A stretch of 63,616 nt of DNA, filler included, from Octopus bimaculoides (lineage: Eukaryota), in NCBI RefSeq assembly GCF_001194135.2. It is 5 parts of 5 records of this genome, joined end to end, with 100 filler letters (N's around TTAATTAATTAA, not from the genome) between each part and the next. Parts side by side here need not be neighbours in the genome. Positions count along the whole stretch, not along the records: positions 28,819 to 57,768 come from NC_068990.1; positions 57,869 to 60,663 come from NC_069003.1; positions 60,764 to 62,430 come from NW_026355411.1; positions 62,531 to 63,616 come from NW_026393846.1; 1 more part is not named here. One strand, written 5' to 3'. Under the pieces are notes generated by a model, which saw nothing but the letters and a program-made list of their open reading frames with translations, had not been told where the DNA came from and did no database searches. The position numbers and the translations under genes are program-made. Positions 55,776-63,616 of this stretch are shown here, piece by piece. Each line of letters opens with the position of its first letter. Positions within the stretch are counted from its first letter, which is position 1.

Positions 55776-56149
55776 CCGCATTAAATGATGACCGTAAAGC
55801 GATAGAACGATCACAGCTATAATGGTTCTAATAACACGACTGCTCGATGCCGGCTGACGTAAGGTTGAAACACAACAGCAACAACAGTTTTCTGCAAACG
55901 ATCTTCAGTCTTCATCCAATGAAAAACTACAGATCTGTCGAAGATGCATGGTGCAGGATGATGGGCCTTCGTTACTAGTTTTCTTTTTTAGAGTGTCCAA
56001 ACAACGTGGCCACTAGCATGTCTCCGAATTCACTAAAAAAAAAAACATGTCATTGAGAGGTAAAATATGTACCAGAGATCTAAGAATATCGGTATCATCA
56101 ACAACATGCGCCTACTATAAAAATTTGAGGCTTTTCTATCTATGCTAGC

Positions 56150-56315
56150 AAAAGGCGCGAGCTGGAAGAAACGTTAGCACGACGGGCCACGTGCTTGGAG
56201 GGCATTTTGCCCATTTTTGCCTTTCACCCTTTCGGATTCGATAAAATAGGTACGAATAGAGAACTTGGGTCGATGTGAACGACTAGCTACTTTCACCCGA
56301 AATTTCATTCTTCGT
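56150..56315 (+). mobile_element. SINE family A, deleted copy
   Basis: GGCGCGAGCTGGAAGAAACGTTAGCACG...GCCTTTCACCCTTTCGGATTCGATAAAATAGGTAC. Confidence 0.75.
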
Positions 56316-56329
56316 GTTCGTAGTAGAAG

Positions 56330-56398
56330 TCATTATCATAATCATCATCGTCGTCATCATCATCATTATCATAATCGTTATCATCGTCGTCGTCGTCG

Positions 56399-56444
<46 letters not shown>

Positions 56445-56515
56445 GAACATCATCATGAACATCATCATCATCGTCGTCGTCGTCAACATCACCATCATCA
56501 TTCTCATCGCCGTCG

Positions 56516-56549
<34 letters not shown>

Positions 56550-56560
56550 TCTCATCAGCG

Positions 56561-56603
<43 letters not shown>

Positions 56604-56616
56604 TCTCATCACCGTC

Positions 56617-56648
<32 letters not shown>

Positions 56649-56665
56649 CATCATTCTCATCGCCG

Positions 56666-56714
<49 letters not shown>

Positions 56715-56875
56715 TCTCATCACCGTCATCATCATCATCATCACTAGCATCACCAGCATCGTCATTATCACCGCCGTCGTCATTGTGGTCGTGGACGTCG
56801 TGGTCGTCATCATCATCATCATCATCATCGTCATCATCATCATCATCATCAACATTATCATCGTTATTATTATTA
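56330..56875. repeat. (CAT/CGT)n array with higher-order periodic interruptions
   Basis: TCTCATC(A/G)(C/G)CGT interrupts the array five times between about 56500 and 56725. Confidence 0.92.
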
Positions 56876-57716
56876 ATATCATTTGGTTAATACTGACCAA
56901 GCTGATATTTAAAGATAAAAACGATACTAAAATAATTCAGCAATAACTATTATTTACTGTGTGGTTGGAATATGGAAGAAATCTTGTTCGTTACAAATAA
57001 CAAAGTTTTTTCAATAAAAAAAAATATTATATTAAACATTTTAAATACAAGAGAAAAAAAATTGTATTGACTGTTTACAGAAATTATGAAAAAAAAATTA
57101 ATATAGAGTGAAAACAAGAAGAAGAAAATAAAACTCGAAAGATAAGAGAAAATTCTAAGGAAAACAGTTTTGTTACTACTTTAATCTTTGAAATCTGTTA
57201 TATAATAACAAGAAGAAAATAATTGAAGAAAACCCTGGACAAAAAATATAACATTAAAAAATACATCATTTTATCGAGCTGAGTTTTGAAGGGCCGAGAA
57301 AAATACACCGACCACATTTAACAAACTAATTATTTGCGTATTTCGTTCTTCGAACGGCTTTTTAAAGAAAGGTCAAGTGGATTGCTGTAGAGGATCCGAG
57401 CCGAAGGCTAAGATTAAATTTCCCCGTTAAGAGTGCGATTGGCCAGAATTGAAAAGCTGCAATAGTGTATCATAACGAACAAACAAATATATTCGCAACA
57501 TACAAGACACTTAAATATAATCAGAAATGTTAGTGAGGAAAAAAGGAATGAAAAAAGCGACAGAGTATAGGACATGTGTATGTGTGCATCTCGCATTGTG
57601 TATATGGATATGTAAATATATGTATATATGTATATGTATGCATTGGATGTGTGAGTGCGTCTGCGAGTGTGTACGTATGTATATATATATATATATATAC
57701 ATACATACATACATAC

Positions 57717-57768
<52 letters not shown>

Positions 57769-57868
57769 NNNNNNNNNNNNNNNNNNNNNNNNNNNNNNNN
57801 NNNNNNNNNNNNTTAATTAATTAANNNNNNNNNNNNNNNNNNNNNNNNNNNNNNNNNNNNNNNNNNNN
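57769..57868. other. Artificial assembly spacer (44 N + TTAATTAATTAA + 44 N)
   Basis: Same pattern as 28719-28818. Confidence 0.95.
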
Positions 57869-57916
<48 letters not shown>

Positions 57917-58198
57917 GAGAGAGACGGAGTGGGAGAGAGAGAGAGAGAGAGAAACAGTGAATGTGTGTGTGTGTGTGTGTAAGCGAGAATAATTTTCCGA
58001 CCGTTCGAGAGACCGTTGGTCGACGTGAATTTTTGCAAGTTAGCTTCAGTAGATCCACAGAGCAAACGTGAGAAACATTGACGGTGAGAAAGAGTGGCTG
58101 TGGTATGTACGAAGGGAGACGTCTTTTTGTCGAGCGGAGTGATATAGGGTTGACGAGTTAGACAGGCAGCTAGCTTGCTAGCTAGCTAGCTAGCTAGC

Positions 58199-58262
<64 letters not shown>

Positions 58263-58269
58263 CAGACAG

Positions 58270-58470
58270 ATAACTTTCTTTATTGGCCACAAAGGGCTGA
58301 ACACAGAGGGGACAAATACAAATGTAGAGTTTTTTTCTTTTCGAAAATGAAAAACAAGATGGGAAAAGAAGAGAAAAAAAGTAAAATTCCGATCAAAAGG
58401 GATCGGGGGAAGAAAAAAGGTGATCAAAAGGGATCGTGTATCACAAAAGAATTTTAGAAATGTAAAAAGG
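58270..58470 (-). mobile_element. Retroelement-like 3' end (family H) with AATAAA and (TATC)n tail
   Basis: Homologous to 59140-59300 (CTTT...GCCACA...GGACAAA...TGTAGAG...GATCAAAAGGGATCG); both copies abut (GATA)n. Confidence 0.6.
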
Positions 58471-58929
58471 AAGATTAGGTTTATCTGTGGAAAGAAAAGC
58501 CTACGGAAAAGACCACGGTAACCTCAGGCAGAGAGGGAATAAACATATGAGAGCAAAGTGCTCTCTTCGATTTACAGGATCATGCTCAAAGTGGTTTCGT
58601 GATTCGCACGCACCCAGCTTTTTTTTTTTGAAACTTTCACGAGACAAAACCTGCTTCTCCATTCTCACCTTCCTTTTCAAGTGGTATTTGAAAAAGTTGA
58701 TAAGCGATTGGCCAGAGAGGTAAATGTTTGTCTCTAATACCTTTCGCTTGAGTTCACCACACACATTCTTTCACCATGGCCACCAGTATGATGAAGACTG
58801 CCTTGCCTTCCCGGTTGTGTGTGTATACAGGTATGGACAGAGATAGATAAAATATTGACAGATAAATAGATAAACAAACACACAGACCGACAGACAGATA
58901 GATAGATAGACAGACAGACAAACAGATAG

Positions 58930-58960
<31 letters not shown>

Positions 58961-59107
58961 GATAGATAAAGAGATAGGCAGATAGGCAGCTAGATCTATA
59001 GACAGATAAAGAGGCAAACAGGTATGCAGACAGACAGGTAGGTAGCTAACTAGCTATAGAGATAGAAAGACAGATTAGCTGGTAGGCTGGCAGGCAGTTC
59101 ATAGCTC

Positions 59108-59139
<32 letters not shown>

Positions 59140-59415
59140 TCTTTTTATTATAGCCACACAGGGCTAAATACAGAAAATGGACAAAATACAATGTAGAGCT
59201 TTTCTTTTTGGGGGAAAGGGGGGGGATAATTTCAATCAAAAGGGATCGCGGGGAAAGAAGGGGGAGGGGGATTTCGATCAAAAGGGATCGCGGGGAAAAA
59301 AAAAAGGTACGCGTGCCTGTGGAGTGCTCAACCACTTGCACATTAATTTCACGAGCAGGTTGATCCGTTGATCTGATCAACAGGAACCGTCTTCGTCGTA
59401 ACCGACGGAGTCCCA
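59140..59415. mobile_element. Family H copy (minus, 59140-59300) joined to a SINE family D 3' fragment (plus, 59303-59415)
   Basis: Internal duplication ATTTCRATCAAAAGGGATCGCGGGGAAA, then GTGGAGTGCTCAACCACTTGCAC...TAACCGACGGAG. Confidence 0.7.
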
Positions 59416-59439
59416 GCTCTTCTTTTTAATTTATCTTTT

Positions 59440-59781
59440 CGCTAACATGAGCCTCTGCAGCTTCACTTTCAACTCTTCTACAAAATTTTTTTTCTACGTA
59501 TTTGATAATATTTCAGTTAAGGCTTTGCAGGTTGTAGAAAGGCCTGATATGGGTATGCAGTTCTGGAGGTCTATAGTTTCATAATGTTAGGAAACAAGAT
59601 GGGGCTTTTTTCCCCCTCAATAAGCCAGTTGGATGTTTTCTCCGTCTCCGTCGGCTTCTCATTAAGCTTCTATGATTGCTCCTTATGTGTCCCTCTTAAA
59701 TATTTTAACCAGATGTTTGAAACCATATATTTTCTTTGTGATTTCCCCCTTGTTTATTTATTGTAGTATCTGTCTAACATC

Positions 59782-59826
<45 letters not shown>

Positions 59827-59950
59827 GCCCTCACACGATTTTTCAGATGCTGCGTTCGTTGTTTTGTATAATCTCGTCCGTAGCCATCCCTTTATTAGCT
59901 AAACTCTTCCGTCTCTAAATCCTTCTACTTCTTCCCTTTCATTTTATGTT
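59440..59950 (-). mobile_element. R4/Dong-like non-LTR reverse transcriptase fragment
   Basis: Minus translation IWLKYLRGTHKEQS*KLNEKPTETEKTSNWLIEG ... ETIDLQNCIPISGLSTTCKALTEILS matches RT domain 0-1 (FWLK...WLTEG...NYRPITCLST.YK.LT.I). Confidence 0.7.
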
Positions 59951-60663
59951 CACCAAATTCTTGATAAATGCATTCGGCGTTCAAGTCGAACTGTTTGTGT
60001 TGTTCACAGAATACTTGGCACACACACACACATACAAATGCATACATACTACCATAACCAAGGGGAATTTGGCGTTTTTCTTATGCAGCGGAGAGCATTT
60101 GTTACGATAAGCTTGATACGTGATGGCAAGAAATGGAAAGTGACGTTTCGGGGGTTGCCTCTTCATATACAAGATAAACATGGCGGTTGTGAGACAAGGA
60201 GGGTGGGTGCAATTTTGTATATTTAGCACAATGAAATATGTCAGACGTTGTGAAAGTGGTAGGGGATTGCGTCTGCAAATTTAAAAGGGGGTGGAGCACT
60301 GCGGTGTTGGGAGAAATTAATGTGATGGTGAGAGAGGGAGAGAGAGAGAGAGCGAGAGAGAGGGCCCGAGGAGTGAAAGGAGGAGGGGTGAGTTGCTCCT
60401 CCTCCACACACTGTTGTAAACATAACTGACAACAAGACAGTGTCAAGAGTTTAACGATTCTCAAACATGACACATCTGTTAATGCAATTCATGGCACAGA
60501 AGCGCTGGTGGTGATGGCGGTGGCGAGGGCGGTGATGGTGGTGGTGATGGTAGCAGTGGTGGTGGTGGCGGTGGTGGTGGTGTTGATGGTGGTGGCGTCA
60601 GTGGTGGGGATTGTGGTCCTATAATGGTGGCGGCGCGGTGTTGTAAGGGTGGTGGTGGTGGTG

Positions 60664-60763
60664 NNNNNNNNNNNNNNNNNNNNNNNNNNNNNNNNNNNNN
60701 NNNNNNNTTAATTAATTAANNNNNNNNNNNNNNNNNNNNNNNNNNNNNNNNNNNNNNNNNNNN
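60664..60763. other. Artificial assembly spacer (44 N + TTAATTAATTAA + 44 N)
   Basis: Same pattern as 28719-28818. Confidence 0.95.
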
Positions 60764-61401
60764 TAGCTAGCTATCTATCTAGCTATCCATGTACGTATGT
60801 GTGCGTGTGTGTATGTGTCTGAGTGTATTCCCAGGCACCCACAGAAATACAGTCATATATATATATATATGTAACCTTACATTACATTTTATTGAATCAA
60901 ATTCCTGAAAATAATACTCCATAGAGTTCAATACATTGGAACTATTATCCGTATCTCTATCACGAAGAATCAGAACTCCACATACTGCACTCCTGTTACC
61001 GCGAACCCGAAACCCGCGTAGCGGACTCTGAAATCAATATCTTCGAATGTGATCTATATACCTATGTGTACATATAGGCACAGATATGACTATGATTAAG
61101 GAGGTTGCGTGATTCCAGGTTCAGTCCGACTGTGTGGCACTCTGGATAAATGTCCTTCACTATAGTCCCTGCCGATTAATCTCATGCCTGTGAATTTGGC
61201 TGGCGGAAACTATGCAATCATCCGCCATTGCTTGTATGCAGTAATCCGCCATTATTTGTATACTAACATTTAGTATATCATCATATGTTCTTTCGAACTT
61301 TTATGCACATAAAAATTTGTGGAATAATATAACTATAGGCTTACTCTAATTTATTTCCTTCTGTAAAACTAAGTAAAATTTTGATACTTTATTTATTTAA
61401 G

Positions 61402-61715
61402 TATTATTATTATTATTATTATTATTGTTCAGTAGTTCTATTTTTATAACGTGCTTTCACTTCACTACCGAGCGCAGCTCTGTGTGCCTTGGGTACGTGC
61501 TGTGGTTTGCTGTGGTGCTCTTATGTTTACTGTATTGAAAGTGTTTTGCGTAGAATGTGTGCAGTACCCATATAGTGCAATTTTCTGTATGTTATATATA
61601 TTTGTAAGTCCTGGTGTTTTTGTTATGTATTTGTCTGAATATTATTTTATTATACCTAAGGCACCTACTATGATAGGAATTGTTTCTGTTTTTAGATTCC
61701 ACATTCGAGTTATTT
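61402..61715 (-). mobile_element. 5'-truncated R4/Dong-like RLE retrotransposon 3' end with (AAT)n tail
   Basis: Minus translation ITRMWNLKTETIPIIVGALGIIK*YSDKYITKTPGLTNIYNIQKIAL / GTAHILRKTLSIQ*, then a 3'UTR and (AAT)n. Confidence 0.85.
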
Positions 61716-61722
61716 ATTATTA

Positions 61723-61777
<55 letters not shown>

Positions 61778-62430
61778 GTAGTAGTAGTAGTATAGTTCAT
61801 AATAATTGTATCTTTATACATTTGTTTAACATCGACGTATTTAGTAGAAACTTTTGAGTGAATGAATCATAGATTAAAAATTTTTTTAATGAATTTAGTG
61901 TCGGAATAAAATATATCATTATTTATTTATCTTTTTTCGTCATAATATATAGTAATTTAAAATAAAACATATTTCCTACTCCACCATAATTTTTTAACAT
62001 ACTATACAGGTATTGATATTATATAATAAAATGGTCCGTGATTATTTTCGATTAAAATACTTTCCGATTAATATTATTGGAGATCCATAAGAACGTTTTA
62101 TGACCGTTGCAAATTTTCTTTCCTTAATTCTTTTATCCATTTGAATTTTGCTGTTCTTTTTGTTGTACTTAGTACGTATTTGAATTATTAACGCTTCTAA
62201 ACATAGGTATATTTTAAATCAGTCTCTTTTATAATTTTAGCAGTCCTTGTATGGAATTTTTGTCTATTTTTTGAACAAATATCAGCCTCAGGAGACTCAA
62301 ATACGCAAGTACGAATTTTTATAAATTCACTAGTGGATGTAAGTCGAAACAAATTGTTGGATTTATATTTGTTTTAATTATTTGCTATATTATGTTATAT
62401 TATATCTGTTTATAGTACATTATATATATA

Positions 62431-62530
62431 NNNNNNNNNNNNNNNNNNNNNNNNNNNNNNNNNNNNNNNNNNNNTTAATTAATTAANNNNNNNNNNNNNN
62501 NNNNNNNNNNNNNNNNNNNNNNNNNNNNNN
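62431..62530. other. Artificial assembly spacer (44 N + TTAATTAATTAA + 44 N)
   Basis: Same pattern as 28719-28818. Confidence 0.95.
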
Positions 62531-63182
62531 ACAGCCAACTACCTCCCGGACTTCCACCTCATGACCTTAGACTGAAGGTTGGTGTTCCTGTTATGCTGCT
62601 GAGAAACGTGGAACCACCAGAACTATGCAATGTTATGCGTCTGATCATAAAAAAAATTGGAACCTTAATTCTGATTACAACCGTTCTGAGCAGACCGTCT
62701 GCTGGTGTGACAAAGTTCTTAACCTCCATGAGCCTTAGTCCCTTTGACGTGCCATTTGAGTTTATGCAACAGTAGTTTCCCATAAAAGTATGCTTTGCAA
62801 TGAGCATCAACAAGGCCTGTGCCTTGTTGATGCTCATTGCAAAGCATACTTTATAGTCGTTACAAGTAGTTGGCCTAAATCTGACACAGCAGGTATTTAT
62901 CCACGGTCAACTATACGTTGGATACTCCCATGTCGGCAGTCTGCACAATCTCTTCATTTATGGTAATCTGGCCAACACTAGAAACGTTGTCTACGAAGAA
63001 GTCCTGCAATAACACTTTTGAACCTACCCTATTACTCTCCTGTCACTGGAATCATTGTAACTTTCTTGATTTTTTAACCCAACTGCATCCACCTTCTTCA
63101 TGTTGCTGGAGTCATTGTCAGTTTATCAATATTTTATCCCAACTGCATCCAACTTCTTCACGTTGCTGGCCACCTTTGCTAG
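62531..63182 (+). mobile_element. Helitron 3' portion: degenerate PIF1-family helicase C-terminus, 3' region and probable CTAG end
   Basis: LPPGLPPHDLRLKVGVPVMLLRNVEPPELCN...FPIKVCFAMSINKA...*SLQVVGLNLTQQVFIHGQLYVGYSHVG...TRNVVYEEVLQ* is the canonical Helitron helicase end; GCTAG-T at 63178-63183 is a plausible terminus. Confidence 0.9.
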
Positions 63183-63616
63183 TTACACTCCCAACCCATG
63201 AGTTCACGTCTCAACACCGATTCTGCAAAATTAGGTTGGGTGTGTCTATGTATTGTATCCAAAACATTGTAAGTGCGGTCGTATTATATCCAAAACATTA
63301 TATTTTATCAAAAACATTGTAAGTGCGGTCGTGTTTCAGTTTTGTGCAACGACCTGATTGGTGTTTTTTTTTCCAGCATTTTCCCATCATTCTTTGCCCT
63401 TCACATCTGCATCCACGAGGTTTCTCCAGTCACTTCTCAAAGACTGTTTAAACATTTGGCATGCTTATTTTCATTACCAATTTTTAATAAACTTTTCGTT
63501 TTTTTTTTTCTTTTGGAATTCCTCATCTTTAAAATGTGGCCTGAGTAGACCTGAATGAAATCAGGTTATAATACCGAAACAAGTAAAACAATAATAAACT
63601 ATTTTAATCCCGAGCA

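Noticed and set aside
60500-60663. G-rich (GGT)n tract as a G-quadruplex or Gly-rich exon
   Set aside because: An ordinary imperfect trinucleotide repeat truncated by an artificial spacer.

Overview
AT-rich, gap-ridden draft-assembly eukaryotic DNA. It is saturated with microsatellites and tRNA-derived SINE families whose sequences match what I recall from octopod genomes (probably Octopus; an inference, not a database result). No complete protein-coding gene is recognisable, and nearly all long ORFs in the track are microsatellite or N-gap artefacts. Supportable content is decayed mobile DNA: RTE LINE fragments, RLE-type non-LTR fragments (HERO-like, R4/Dong-like), Tigger/pogo and mariner remnants and MITEs, a hAT (Buster/Charlie-like) transposase C-terminus, a Helitron helicase 3' end, Penelope-like ends and dozens of SINE copies. 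A few short minus-strand candidate exons hint that the window is mostly intron of a large gene. Most notable structures: an 80-bp perfect inverted repeat nested between two inverted SINEs (39725-39918), a tRNA-Thr-like cloverleaf sitting on an 18-bp flanking stem (54465-54580), and a template-switch-like 32-bp foldback inside the Helitron helicase (62785-62852). Four 44N-TTAATTAATTAA-44N spacers are artificial joins, so adjacency across them is unproven. Repeat boundaries are approximate and family names come from recalled motifs, not searches.
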